Assembly (NCBI GenBank): GCA_951406725.2
Contig: OX597820.1
Coordinates: forward strand, 8,928,001-8,992,000
From: Octopus vulgaris
Taxonomy: Eukaryota
Direction: 5' to 3'
Length of the DNA: 64,000 bases
A program made the position numbers and the translations under genes. The number at the start of each line of letters is the position of its first letter. Within the stretch, counting starts at the first letter, position 1. The notes below the pieces were generated by a model. It saw only the letters and a list, made by a program, of their open reading frames with translations, searched no databases and had not been told where the DNA came from. Below are positions 49,990-63,510 of this stretch, piece by piece.

Positions 49990-51785
49990 AGAGATCCTTG
50001 TCTTGCAAGCTGACAACCTCATGGGTGGTGCTGGAACTACATAAAAGCACCCCTAATGGTGCCTCACAAAATGCCCCAAGTACACCCTGTAGAGTGATCA
50101 ACATTAGGAAGGGCGTCCAGTTGTAGAAACCATGACAAAATAAATGAAGCCTGGTACAGCTCAGGTCGCCCTGCCCAACCCATGCCAGCATAGAAAACAA
50201 ATGTTTGATGACGATGACATATAAATATATATCATCATCATCATCATCATTTAACGTCCGTTTTCCATGCTAGCACGGGTTGGACGGTTCGACCGGGGTC
50301 TGGGAAGCCAGGGGCTGCTCCAGGCTCCAGTCTGATCTGGCAGAGTTTCTACGGCTAGATGCCCTTCCTAACGCCAACCACTCCGCGAGTGTAGTGGATG
50401 CTTTTTACGTGCCACCTGCACAGGTGCCAGAGGGGGGGGGTCTGGCATCGGTCACGATCGGTTGGAGCTTTTAACGTGCCAGCGGAACGGAAGCCAGCCA
50501 AGGTGGCGCTGGCAACGTTCGGATGGTCTTTTTATGTGCCACCGGCACAGGAGCCAGTCTGGGCTGCGCTGGCATCGGCCACGTTCGGATGGTGCTTTTT
50601 ATGTGCCACCGGCACAGAAGCCAGTCGGGGTGGTGCTGGCATCGGCCACGTTCGGATAGTGCTTTTTATGTGCCACCGGCACAGAAGCCAGTCGGGGCGG
50701 TGCTGGCATCGGCCACGTTCGGATAGTGCTTTTTATGTGCCACCGGCACAGGCATCACAACTACTATTTCCATTGATATTTATTTCGACGTTCATGTTCA
50801 TGTACTTGACTCAACAGGTCTCCTCAAGCACAGCGGGTCGTTCTGGGATCCGGGGTACTTTGAATGGGCAGGGGCTATGCGGAACTGATGCAGGAAGCAG
50901 CCCAAGACCTGTTGAGGCAAGTGAAATCGAAATCGATCAAAAAATCAATGGAAATTGTAGTTGTGATACCGGTGCCGGTGGCACGTAAAAAACACCATCC
51001 GAATGTGGCCGTTGCCAGCACCACCTTGACTGGCTTCCGTGCCGGTAGCACATAAAAAGCACCAACCGATCGTGGCCATTGCCAGCCTCGCCTGACACCT
51101 GTGCCGGTGGCACGTAAAAACTACCCACTACACTCATGAAGTGGTTGGCGTTAGGAAACATTGCCAGATCAGACTGGAGCCTGGTGCAGCTTCCTGGCTT
51201 CCCAGGCCCGGTCGAATCATCCAACTCATGCTAGCATGGAAAGCGGACGTTAAACGATGATGATGATGATGAAAATCATATAGTACTATTGTACACTTTA
51301 TAAGATAATACAGGTAAAGAAGGCTTGCTCTTCAGATATATAATTTATAACATATACAGTGAAGATCCAGCATGTAAAGTGTGATTGCAGCCATGCCCAA
51401 TGCCAGTGTTGCATGGCCAACCCATTTAAGAGTACCCTTGATGCGTCGGGCGATATAATATTCTTGAGAAGACCTGTTGAGTCAAGTAAAACCAAAATCG
51501 TAGCTGTGGCCAGTGTTCTCTGACTAGCTCCTGTGCCAGTGGTACGTAAAAAAGCACTATCCAAACATGGTCGATACCAGGCCCACTTGACTGGCTTCTG
51601 TGCCAGCAGCATGTAAAAAGCACCCACTACACTCTCGGAGTGCTTGGCATTAGGAAGGGCATCCAGCTGTAGAAACATTGCCATATCAGATTGGAGCTGG
51701 GTGCAGCCACTGGCTCTCCAGACTTCAGTCAAACTGTTCAACGCATGCCCGCATGGAAAACAGATGTCAAACGATGATGATGATA
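49990..51785. mobile_element. Cluster of RTE 3'-tail repeats (49990-50217 +, 50231-50790 -, 50935-51271 +, 51430-51785 +)
   Basis: Consensus matches; the 50231 copy carries about 6 internal units of about 62 bp. Confidence 0.85.
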
Positions 51786-51794
51786 CACTAATAC

Positions 51795-53520
51795 ATCATC
51801 ATTTAAAATCTGCTTTCTATGCTGGGATGGGTTAGACAGTTTGACTGGAACTGGTAAGCCAAAGAGCTGTACTAGGTTCCAGTCTGATTTGGCAGGGTTT
51901 CTACGGCTGGATGCCCTTCGTAATGCCTACCACTCTGTGAATGCAATGGTTGCTTTTTATGCGCCACAACTACTATTTCACTTGGCTTAACTGGCAACGG
52001 TTATGACTATGGTTTCACTTGGCTTAACGAGCCTTCTCAAGGACAACACATTGCAAATGATCTTGGTCTCTTGTCATCGCTCCATGATGTGCAGCATTTG
52101 AAGACCATGCTACCGGCAACAGTCACGATTGCGATTTCATGAGTGCAATTTGCATGACCCCTCCAACAGACACAACTACGATTCCACTCGGCTTGACAAG
52201 TCCTCTCAAGCACAGCATATCACCAAAGGTCTCAGTTACATCTCATCACTTCCATGAGACTCAGCATTCAAAGATCATGCTTCACCACTTTGTCCCATGT
52301 CTTCCTGGGTCTACCTCTTCTGCAGGTTCTCTCCTCAGTCAGAGACTGGCACTTCTTCCCACAGCTGTTCTCATCCACATGCACCACATGATCATACCAG
52401 CGTAGTTGTCCCTCTTGCACACCCATCTTATGCCTTTTATGCTCTGTCAAACATGCACACTGATGTTGCACATCCAGTGAAATATACTAGCTTCGTTTCT
52501 TGCAAGCCCTTACCTGTCCTTTGCGGTCACAGCTCATGTTTCACTGCTGTGGAGCATGGCTATTCACACACAGTCATCATACAATCTACCTTTCATTCTG
52601 AGGAAGAGGCCCTTTGTTACCAACAGAGGTAGAAAGTCTCTAAACTTTGCCCAGCCTATTCTTATTCTAGCAGCCATGCCCTCTCTACATCTCCTTCCAC
52701 TGCTGACTTGGTCACCGAGATAATGGAAGCTATCAACTGCTTCTAGGTACCCCCCCCCCCGCCCCCGGTATTTGATGGAGTCCATTTTCTATACATTTCT
52801 TGTGGTTATTGTACCTGTACATCTGCTGCACACAAAGACTATTTTCCCTGTTAACCAATGCTCTGATATTACTGCACCTCTTATATGTCCATAGCTTGCA
52901 CTGGGTACATCTTATAGAGTTTCTACCTGAAGAGGTTTGTGATTTGTCCGCTTTCCTACTTACTAAGAATTTGGTTTTTGCTAAATGAACTCCAAGGCTC
53001 TTCGATTTTAGACCTTGCTTCTGTACCTGAAATTTCTTCTCTAGTTCTTGCAGTGATTCACCTATAAGAACAATGTCATCCTCATACAGGAGCTGCCCTC
53101 TGTTGTTGCCTGGAGGGCTATGATGAACAAGAGGGGGCTTGAGGAGTGATCCTTAGTTAACCTCTACTTGTACCCTGAATTCATCACTTTACTTTTTGCC
53201 AACCCTCATTAACCACTCGTCTATCCCTAGTTTCCACATTGAGCACCAAATAAGGGATCAGAGAACCTTGTTGAAGGCTTTCTCCATGTCAACAAAAGTC
53301 AAGTACAGAGGTTTATCTTTGGTTAGGTATTTCTCCTGTTGTTGCCTTACCAAGAATATAGCATCAGTGGTGCTTCTCTCTGGCACAAAACCAAACTGCA
53401 TCCCATCTAGGCTAACCCTCTCCCTAATTAGTTGGGCTATGACCCTCTCCACAACTTTTATTACCCGATCCAACAATATGATACCTCTGTAATTATTTCT
53501 AAGGCATCACCTTTGCCTTT
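51795..53520 (-). mobile_element. RTE LINE 3' half (RT to tail)
   Basis: QFGFVPERSTTDAIF, FHYLGDQVS and RWYDHVV…RGRPRKTW; (CAT)n-ended tail at the left end. Confidence 0.9.
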
Positions 53521-53659
53521 GGACTTGTAAAATAATTTATTTTACACTAAAATAAATGATTTTTCTATGTTAGCTGCAAAATGATTGTAACCTTGTGGAT
53601 ATAAACTGGTGAACTAAATATATTCATCTCATACCTCCTGACTTTCTTTAAATTTGATA

Positions 53660-54110
53660 AATCTGTCCAGAGACGTGCAACCAAACGCATACCCTCCATC
53701 AGACACCTACCATATTCTGAGCGCCTTGTTTCCCTGGGCATGGATTCACTGAAGCTCCGGCGTTTGGCGACGGACTTGGTAAACACCCACAAAGTTATCA
53801 ACCACCTCACCAACAACAACACTGAACACCTTTTTGATCTCCATGTGTCTAACACACGTGGACATGCCTACAAAGTCAGAAAACAATACAGCTCCCATGA
53901 CTTTCGGAAACATTTTTTCACGCTCAGAGTTGCTGAAGCATGGAATAAACTGCCTGCGTCAGTTGTTGACTGCCATGACACTGCATCCTTTAAGGCCCTC
54001 ATGCTTTCCGAAATCCGCCGAAACTACACCTGATTATATATACACTTTAGATGAGTTGTAGTGCACCTGAGCACTGTACACAATTATTATTATTGTTATT
54101 ATTATTGTTA
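53660..54110 (+). mobile_element. CR1/L2-type LINE 3' end, subfamily B
   Basis: Nearly identical to 37779-38217. Confidence 0.9.
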
Positions 54111-54245
54111 TCCTAATGAAATAATCATTACTAATTAGATTTACTGGATTTCAAATGTATAAGACTCTATGTTACATCCTTATATATTGGGGAGTACCAC
54201 CGAATTAGTTAAATCCATATATTGTGCATTAAATTTAAATATTCA

Positions 54246-54276
<31 letters not shown>

Positions 54277-54278
54277 AT

Positions 54279-54910
<632 letters not shown>

Positions 54911-54917
54911 AATATAT

Positions 54918-55372
54918 TCTCTTTACTCTTTTACTTGTTTCAGTCATTTGATTGCGGCCATGCTGGAGCACCGCCTTTAGTCGAGCAAATCGACCCCAGG
55001 ACTTATTCTTTGTAAGCCCAGTACTTATTCTATCAGTCTCTTTTGCCGAACCGCTAAGTGACGGGGACGTAAACACACCAGCATTGGTTGTCAAGCAATG
55101 CTAGGGGGACAAACACAGACACACAAACACACCAGCATCGGTTGTCAAGCAATGCTAGGGTGACAAACACAGACACACAAACATATACGCACACACTTAT
55201 ATATATATACAACAGGCTTCTTTCAGTTTCCGTCTACCAAATCCACTCATAAGGCATTGGTCGGCCCGGGGCTATAGCAGAAGACACTTGCCCAAGATGC
55301 CACGCAGTGGGACTGAACCCGGAACCATGTGGTTGGTTAGCAAGCTACTTACCACACAGCCACTCCTGCGCC
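54918..55372 (-). mobile_element. SINE family A, tail-to-tail with the previous copy, with an internal duplication of about 57 bp
   Basis: Same consensus, inverted. Confidence 0.88.
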
Positions 55373-55479
55373 TAGCAATATCTAAGGAAGTCTAACTGGG
55401 AAGATAGTTTTTGTATGTGGCAAGTACTCGGGTGCTGTAAACACTGAAAATGTGCAGAGAACAGCTTCTGTCACATTCC

Positions 55480-55672
55480 AAGGTGAAAAACTACAAGTAG
55501 TTGACAGCTTCCGTTACCTAGGTGACCAAGTCAGTAGCAGGGGGTGGGTGCTCTGAAAGTGTAGCTGCTAGAATAAGAATAAGCTGGGCAAAGTCCAGAG
55601 AGCTCCTACATGACAGAATGTAAGCGCCCTGAGAGAAAAGTTGGACTTAAGAAGCATCAGATGTGATGTGCA
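55480..55672 (+). mobile_element. Short RTE fragment
   Basis: GEKLQVVDSFRYLGDQVS…ARIRISWAK. Confidence 0.7.
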
Positions 55673-55674
55673 CG

Positions 55675-55900
55675 TCAAGACGAGTAAAATTACTACTGCA
55701 ACATAGGAATTAGAGAGTTACCTCCCTTAACACACAGGCGGGAAGTCGAGGATTCAAGGAAATCAGACATGGAAGCCTGCAGTTGTCGAATCAGTCGACG
55801 ACGCACCAAGATCCAACGACAAATGACGTCAGATGGAAGACAGTATCGATGAAATCGTTGTCGTCTGTGGACAGCTGCTGAGAATCCAACAGCTTAGCCA
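55675..55900 (+). mobile_element. Gypsy-type LTR retrotransposon, integrase C-terminal fragment
   Basis: YY…RELPPL…IQGNQTWKPAVVESVDDAPRS…SDGRQYR*NR fits the WxPAxV..PRSY..DG..YRRNR pattern of integrase tails. Confidence 0.6.
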
Positions 55901-55954
55901 AATGGAGAATGGGAAGAGACTATGATACAGATGAGTGTGAGACTACAGACACTA

Positions 55955-56406
55955 TCATCATCATCATCGTTTAACGTCCGCTTTCCATGCTAGCATGAGT
56001 TGGACGGTTTGACTGAGGGCTGGCTAACCAGATGGCTGCACCAGGCTCCAATCTTGATTTGGCAGAGTTTCTACAGCTGGATGCCCTTCCTAACGCCAAC
56101 CACTCCAAGAGTGTAGTGGGTGCTTTTTACGTGCCACCGGCATGGGGCCAGTCAGGCGGTACTGGCAACGACCTCGCTCGAATCGCTTACACATGCCACC
56201 GGCACAGGTGCCAGTAAGGCGATGCTGGTAATGATCACGCTCGAATGGTGCCCTTTTATGTGCCACTGGCACAGAAGCCAGTTGGCTGCTATGGCAACGA
56301 TCACGCTCGGATGGTGCTCTTGGCACCCTACTAGCATGGGCACAAGTGCCAGTAAGGCGATGCGGGTAATGATCACACTCGAATGGTGCCCTTTTATGTG
56401 CCACTG
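55955..56406 (-). mobile_element. RTE 3'-tail repeat
   Basis: Consensus match. Confidence 0.85.
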
Positions 56407-57168
56407 GAAAAAAACAAATTCATTTATGGACAGTTAAATTCAAAAAAATTCATTTATGGACAGTTAAATTCAAAGAAGATACATTCATGGACTCTGAAGA
56501 AAGTTGCTTTATCAGAATGATAATGAAATATATAACTGAATTTATTTGAAGTTGATGATTTAAGTTCCAATGTTTAAGTTGCAATGTTAGTAAAGAAGGG
56601 AGATGTAATGGAAGTGACTTTACGTTAAGATGTGCACACAATGTGTGACATCATGATCTCGTGATGTATGACGTAACAAATACACATAGTAATGGCTGCG
56701 CCCTGTGTCAACATCTGCTGGGTAGTAAAAATGCTTTGAGCTGATGACAGGAGGTATCTATAATGGATACAGACCAAGAAAGATTCAGTGAGCTCTGATT
56801 TAAAGATGCAAGTGAGCAGAACCGTTAGCACGCCGGGCGAAGTGCGTAGCTGTATTTCGTCTGCCGTTACATTCTGAGTTCAAATTCCGCAGAGGTCGAC
56901 TTTGCCTTTCATCCTTTTGGGGTTGATTAAATAAGTACCAGTTATGCACTGGGGTCGATGTAATCGACTTAATCCGTTTGTTTGTCCTTGTTTGTCCGCT
57001 CTGTGTTTAGCCCCTTGTGGGTGAAACAGAAACAGATTTAAAGATGGCGGAGCTTTAGAAATAATATAAAACAAAGTTCAACAAGAATGGCGCTACATCA
57101 TATTGTAATTCTATGTCAGAATGAAAAATAAAAAAATACATATTTTATTCCATCTCAATGACCAGTTG

Positions 57169-58045
57169 TCATATCTTTATTTTTCCATCACATTGGTGCG
57201 ATCTCCCATCTGTGTGGATACGTCTGTGGGAAAATAAATAACGTTTCTGAGAGAAGGTTTTATTACATATATCGCAGTTATATGGTTTCTTTCTTGTGTG
57301 GATATGTTTGTGGGTAATGGAAATGGTTTTCTGAGAGAATGTTTTACCACAGATATCGCAATGGTAAGGTTTCTCACCAGTGTGAAGACATTTATGATTA
57401 ATTAAATTATGGTTGTGGGAAAATGTTTTACCACAGATATTACAGCGATATGGTTTCTCCCCTGTGTGGGTACGTTTGTGGCAAGACAAACTACCATTTT
57501 GGGAAAATGCTTTGCCACAAGTCTCACAGCGGTATGGTTTTTCTCCTGTATGGATACGTATGTGGGATGATAAATTACCACTCAGAGAGAATGTTTTACC
57601 ACAAATATTACAGTGATATGGTTTCTCTCCCGTGTGGATATATTTGTGGAGAGATAAATTGCTATTTTGAGAGAATTTTTTACCACAGATATCACAGCGG
57701 TATGGTCTTTCTCCAGTGTGAACACGTTTGTGAGCAGTTGAACTACTTTCAGAGAATGTTTTACCACAGATACCACAGTGATATACTTTCTTTCCTGTAT
57801 GAATAAGCTTGTGCTGAAATAAGGAACGGCTCATAGTGAATTGTTTGCCACAGTTTTCACAGTTGTAGAGTTTAGAATCTGAGTGAATAAATTTATGTTA
57901 AATCAAATTCTTCCTTGTTGTGAATAACTTCCAACATATATCGCAATGGTGTGATTCCTCTTCTGTTTTTTTCTTGTGTCTAGGTAGATGAAATATTATT
58001 TTCAAGCTCTGCCTTATCATCCATAAGTGTCTCTTTTAAATCCAT
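57169..58045 (-). pseudogene. Degenerate C2H2 zinc-finger paralogue with about 9 recognisable fingers; a residual 221-aa ORF at 57169-57834 could still be translated
   Basis: Upstream of the ORF-track Met the frame reads HHCDICWKLFTTRKNLI*HKFIH-SDSKLYNCENCGKQF, with TAA at 57898-57900 where the paralogue has Q-H-K. The acidic leader MDLKETLMDDKAELENNISST* (ATG 58045) is in a different frame. One finger has lost its Leu (FSESSSTAH) and the last finger is truncated (HQCDGKIKI). Confidence 0.75.
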
Positions 58046-58382
58046 ATATATGATGGTCTTTGTTAAAATCTGAAAGTATTTTGGCTTTTAAGAAAAGCTT
58101 AAGATAGAATTTCGTAATTAATGATGAGTCTAGCAGATCTTTTTAAGAAAATAACTTCAAGACAGGTAAAACATCATAATAAATAATCTCTGAATATACA
58201 CTTGCAGTCGATATGAGAATTATTGTAAATAATCTCAATTCTGAGGAAATATCTCCCATTCATTCATCCAAGTGTTGTAGAGAAAGACTGACATCAGTTT
58301 CATGAAGTTATTTTTAGTCTTCAAAAGTTGATATGTTGAACATCTTCAGTGATGTAGTTTTATCTCAATGTCGTCAAATAAC

Positions 58383-58400
58383 CTGAAATAAAAAAAACAA
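58383..58400 (-). promoter_or_regulatory. Predicted splice acceptor of the - strand ZNF paralogue
   Basis: Minus strand reads TTGTTTTTTTTATTTCAG, about 340 nt upstream of the putative ATG. Confidence 0.55.
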
Positions 58401-58619
58401 GGGACAATCAAGATTTAAGATGAAGATTATTGAAGAGAAGATATTTGGATCACAGATGTTGAAAGTTAGACTAGCAAGAAAGTGTTAGAACATGTTTACA
58501 GAGAGAAGACACTTTGATATACAGATGTGGCAGAAGTAGATAAAAAGGGCTATGAGTATGGGTCTTGGAATGAAGACTTTCATCAATGACCACTAGTCAA
58601 TATATCTTAGTCTATGGAA

Positions 58620-59820
58620 TCATCATCAGCATCATCATTTAATGTCCATTTTCCATGCTAGCACGGGTTGGACGGTTCAACCGGGGTCTGGGAAGCCAGG
58701 AGGCTGCACCAGGCTCCAGTCTGATCTGGCAGTGTTTCTACAGCTGGATGCCCTTCCTAACGCCAACCACTCCGTGAGTGTAGTGGGTGCTTTTTACATG
58801 CCACCCGCACAGGTACCAGGGGAGGCTGGCAGCGGCCACGATCGGTTGGTGCTTTTTACGTGAAAGTCTTAAAATTATCCTGTTCCTCACCTGATTCAAC
58901 AAAAACAAAAAATACACAGCTGCACCACGGTAGATACTCATTGCCATCGGTACATTTCTTCAACCAAGTAAGAATCATTCCACCTTATCATCATCGGTTT
59001 AGCGTCCGCTTTCCATGCTGGCATGGGTTGGACGGTGCAACTGGGGTCTGGGAAGCCAGGAGGCTGCACCAGGCCCAGTCTGAGCTGGCAATGTTTCTAC
59101 GGCTAGATGCCCTTCCTAATGCCAACCACTCCGAGAGTGTAGTGGGTGCTTTTTACGTGCCCCAAATTTTTCTTTGTATGCTCAAAATACTAATATGAAG
59201 GAGAATGCCTGTGAGCTGTCAAGTTACACAGAAAACTCGATTTTACACCATATTAATTGAATAGTTTGGTTAAACACAATGATGCTTTGGCAGGACAAAA
59301 GGAGATGACAGCATATAAGACTCCTAATATCAAGAGCATAGCTACACACACAAAAAGTAAAAACTAGGCCCAGTATTGTTCCACGACAACTACTGGGGGA
59401 GACCAGTTTCAAAAACTCCATCCGTTGGACCAAAATTGAACTTTTGCTAAGTATGAAGTTTCTATTTCAGTTATTGATCTAGAATAATCTCTATTAAAAT
59501 AACCGTATGTCAGGGTCCATCTAGACCACTCATCACTGCCATTTTTATTTCTTTTTCTGGCTCCACTCCCTCTATATCATCATCATCATTATCATCATCA
59601 TCGTTTAGCGTCCACTTTCCATGCTAGCATGGGTTGGACGGTTGAACTGGGGTCTGGGAAGCCAGGAGGCTGCACCAGGCTCCAGTCTGATCTGGCAGTG
59701 TTTCTACAGCTGGATGCCCTTCCTAACGCCAACCACTCCGTGAGTGTAGTGGATGCTTTTTATGTGCCACCCGCACAGGTGCCAGACGGAGCTGGCAAAC
59801 GGCCACGGACGGATGGTGCA
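58620..59820 (-). mobile_element. Three RTE 3'-tail repeats (58620-58862, 58988-59161, 59577-59820)
   Basis: Consensus matches. Further copies lie at 13460-13640, 14600-14810, 16670-16985, 18810-19010, 22530-23160, 46393-46632, 47291-47455 and 62722-63030. Confidence 0.85.
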
Positions 59821-60430
59821 TAAAATAATAATGAAATTATTGTATATGGTGCTCAGGTGCACCACAACTTGTCAGAAAGTGCATATAAAGTATATGCAGT
59901 AATGTAGAAATGTCTGGAAAGCGAACAATGTATGAGTTAGATACAATTCTTGCGTGTGTATGGAGAGGAGAAAATCAGGTCTATTGTTGGCGAATCTCAG
60001 GAAGCATGGAAGTTTTGAAGGATGCAGTGCTCCGACAACTAACAACTGATGCCGGCAGTTTGTTCCATGCTTCAGCAACTCTCAGCGTGAAAAAATGTTT
60101 CCTGAAGTCATGGGAGCTGTGCTGTTTTCTTACTTTGTAAATATGTCCACGGGTGTTAGATGGGTGGAGTTTGAAAAGGTGCTCAGAGTTATTGTTTGTA
60201 AGATGGTTAATAATTTTATGGGTGTCTGCCAAGTCAGCTGCCAAACGTCGGAGTTTCGATGTATTCATGCCCAGGGAAGTAAGGCATTTAGAATATGGCA
60301 AATGCCTGATGGAGGGTATTCTCTTGGTTGCACGTCGCTGAATGGCTTCCAGACGATTAATATCCTGGGCAAGATAAGGGTTCCAGACCAGTGATGCAAA
60401 TTCCGGGTGAGGTCGTACCATAGCTATATA
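59821..60430 (-). mobile_element. CR1/L2-type LINE 3' end, subfamily A
   Basis: VRPHPEFASLVWNPY…LEAIQRRATK…TRGH…FFTLRVAEAWNKLP. Confidence 0.92.
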
Positions 60431-61467
60431 GGGATATTTTTAATGAAATTTTCTACATTTATGTGTTATATTATGTAGATTCCGAATATACAAATGTTTT
60501 GAGGAAAGTGTTTTAGGAGGGGGTGGGGGAATTTCGTCTTAACTTTCAAGAAAATGGATATATTTTAATGAAATCCTCTACAAATATACATCGGGCTATG
60601 TAGATTCCGAGGACATAGGAATTTGGTGGGAAAACAATTGGAGGTTATGTTTGAGAATCGTTCCCCCCTCAGGGGCGTTTCGGCAATAGTCGTCCATATT
60701 TTTCTCCGTTTGGTGCGTTTGTACATCCGTAGATTTCTACACACATACGTAATTAAAAATGTTCAAACGGGGAATTATTTAATTCAGCATCATGTTTACT
60801 ACAGAAATTATGTAACAAATTATACTTTACAAGGTGATCAAAATTTTGCCCTGGTGATCTTTCGATTTTATATCGAAATTTTCCCCTTTTTGCCCTTTAC
60901 ACTTCTATATTTAACTGTGCGTATATCTTCCTTAATTTTGCTTCTGCCTTTCTATTAGAAACGTTTACCTGGGAATTTACTTAAAGTGAAAAAAATTGTA
61001 TGCAACAGATAAGTCGTCTTAATAGCATATTTCTGTATACCAGACCGTTAGCTGTTATTTTTAGCATAACGAGTATTTTGGTGCCTTCAGTAGAAATCTA
61101 CGGATGCACAAACGCACGAAACGGAGAAAATGAAACAAATATGGACTAGTGCCGAAACACCCCTGAGTGGGGAACAATTCTCAAAAATAACCCCCAATTG
61201 TTTTTCCCCAAAAATTCATATGCCGTCGGAATCTACATAGTCCGAGGTATATTTGTAGAGAATTTCATTTAAAACTATCCATTTTCTTGAAAGTTAAGGC
61301 GAATTGAAGTGGACTCCGGTGAATTTTCCGAAATTCCCCCACTCCCGCCAAAAATACTTTTCCCGAAACATTTTGTATATTCTGGATTCCCCGGGCAGAA
61401 GTCTTTCCTATTCGGAATCTACATGATATAACACATAATTGTAGAAAATTTCATTAAAAAATATCCC
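60431..61467. mobile_element. Long imperfect inverted repeat (60431-60740 vs 61090-61467), probably a long-TIR or foldback DNA transposon
   Basis: The arms are reverse complements over more than 300 bp and contain ATGTAGATTCCGA subrepeats; spacer about 350 bp. Confidence 0.7.
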
Positions 61468-61885
61468 TTTTTCCGAAAGTTATGATCATCCAAAGTCGGT
61501 GGGGTGGGGCATAAATCTGTAGTAATGCCTACTAATGTTTATGGTTGTATTTTCTTTTGCGTTTTGCCAGGACAGGAATATTGTAGTTGTAAAACAGAAA
61601 GTAGAGATATAAAATATAATAGCAGAGATGTACTTGCATAGCAAGTGACCTGATCTGAGATCGTGTGCTGGAACGAAAACAATTGCAGCGTGGAAGGTGT
61701 TTGTAAGCCATTTAAGAAACACGCAAAAACCGTTAGATTCACTTCAACATTTAAATTTAAATTGTCAAAATGTTTTGGTCGCTTTGAGACCGCGACCTGT
61801 TGTTCATTGACAAAGCTTCGTGCTGCATAATATAATTATAGATTGTGCATAAAAGAAACGTGTAAGATGTCTTTAAACGACGGCT

Positions 61886-62102
61886 ACTTACATATGAATG
61901 AAGTTTAAAAGATGCAAGAAGGAGAGATGTAGGAAGATTTGACGAGGACATCGTTGATAAATTTCAACTAATTCTTACAGAATGTCTCTGTTATCTTTCG
62001 ATTAATAATCTATTTAAGTTAATGACGCAGGGTAAAGATTTCAATATACCGCCCTTGTTTACACAGAGAGAGAGAAATAGATGTTGGTTATATACCGGAA
62101 GT
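61886..62102 (-). promoter_or_regulatory. Candidate promoter and first exon of the - strand ZNF paralogue (ETS-type CCGGAAGT at 62095-62102; donor GTAAGT at 61891-61886)
   Basis: Unique sequence between repeats containing a consensus donor and an ETS motif. The link to the gene is inferred. Confidence 0.35.
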
Positions 62103-63117
62103 GAAACTCGTTGTATGAGGGGGGGTGATCTGTACTAACTCCAGATTTGTAGCGGGGTCTTTTCGCTTTGACCGGCAGATTTTTAAAATAATTTCTTTGT
62201 AACTAAACACTTTTAAACTTCGTATACTGGTAGAATGTGTCACATAAAACATCTTTTTCTCTTGGTTTTCTTGAGAAAATTCTGTAGTTTGTAAGCTATT
62301 TGGTGTTTAATTTTTTGCATTTCGGCAATTTCAACCAATCAATGACGTCTATTGAGGTGAATACAATTTCTCCGGTTCTTTGTCAACAACATTTTCTGAT
62401 GGTGTCATATCAATTTCTAGTAAGCCTAGTACTTATTCTATCGGCCTCTTTTGCCGAACCGCTATGTTACGGAGACGTAAACACACCACCATCGGTTGTC
62501 AAGCGATGTTGGGGGGACAAACATATACACACATACATATATATATACGACGGGCTTCTTTCAGTTTCCATCTACCAAATGAACTCACAAGGCTTTGATC
62601 AGCCCGAGGCTATAGTAGAAGACACTTGCCCAAGGTGCCACACAGTGGGACTGAACCCGGAACCATGTGGTTCGTAAGCAAGCTACTTACCACACAACCA
62701 TTCCTACACCTTTCATAACCATTATCGTCATTTAATGTCTGCTGTCCATGCTGGCATGGGCTGGACAGTCTAACCAAGGCTGGCAAGCTGAGGGGCTGCA
62801 CCAAACTCCAGTCTGATTTGGCATGGTTTTCTACAGCTGGATGCCCTTCCTAATGCCAACCACTCTAAGAGTGTGATGGGTGCTTTTATATGCCACCAGC
62901 ATGGGTGCCAATTGCATGGCACCAGTATTTGTCACGACTATGGTTTCACTTGGTTTGATGGGTCTTCTCAAGCACAACATTCTGCTGAAGGTCTCGGTCA
63001 TTTGTCATTGCTTCTGTGAGGGCCAACACTCGAAATATATTTAAAATATAAGCTAATGCAGTGAATAAAGCATTTGAAAATACAATCTTTTAGCATTTAT
63101 TTGCATACAAATAAATG

Positions 63118-63510
63118 CGCAGGAGTGGCTGTGTGGTAAGTAGCTTGTTTACCAACCACACGGTTCCGGGTTCAGTCCTACTGCATGGCACCTTGGGCAA
63201 GTGCCTTCTACTATGGCCTCGGGCCGACCAGTGGATTTGGTAGACAGAAACTGAAAGAAGCCCGTCGTATATATGTATATATATATGCGTGTGTGTGTTT
63301 GTGTGTCTGTGTTTGTCCCCCTAGCATTGCTTGACAACCGATGCTGGTGTGTTTATGTCCCCGTTACTTAGCGGTTCAGCAAAAGAAACCGATAGAATAA
63401 GTACTGGGCTTACAAAAGAATAAGTCCCGGTGTCGAGTTGCTCAATTAAAGGCGGTGCTCCAGCATGGCCGCAGTCATGTGACTGAAACAAGTAAATGAG
63501 TAAAAGAGTA
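63118..63510 (+). mobile_element. tRNA-type SINE family A (internal AT/GT microsatellite, GTAAAAGA-type tail)
   Basis: A-box-like TGGCTGTGTGG and B-box-like GGTTCAGTCC; tail CAGCATGGCCGCAGTCA..TGACTGAAACAAGTAAA. Confidence 0.88.

Noticed and set aside
56411-56474. Small tandem duplications (also at 25358-25402 and 1009-1090)
   Set aside because: Ordinary slippage-type duplications with no further structure.
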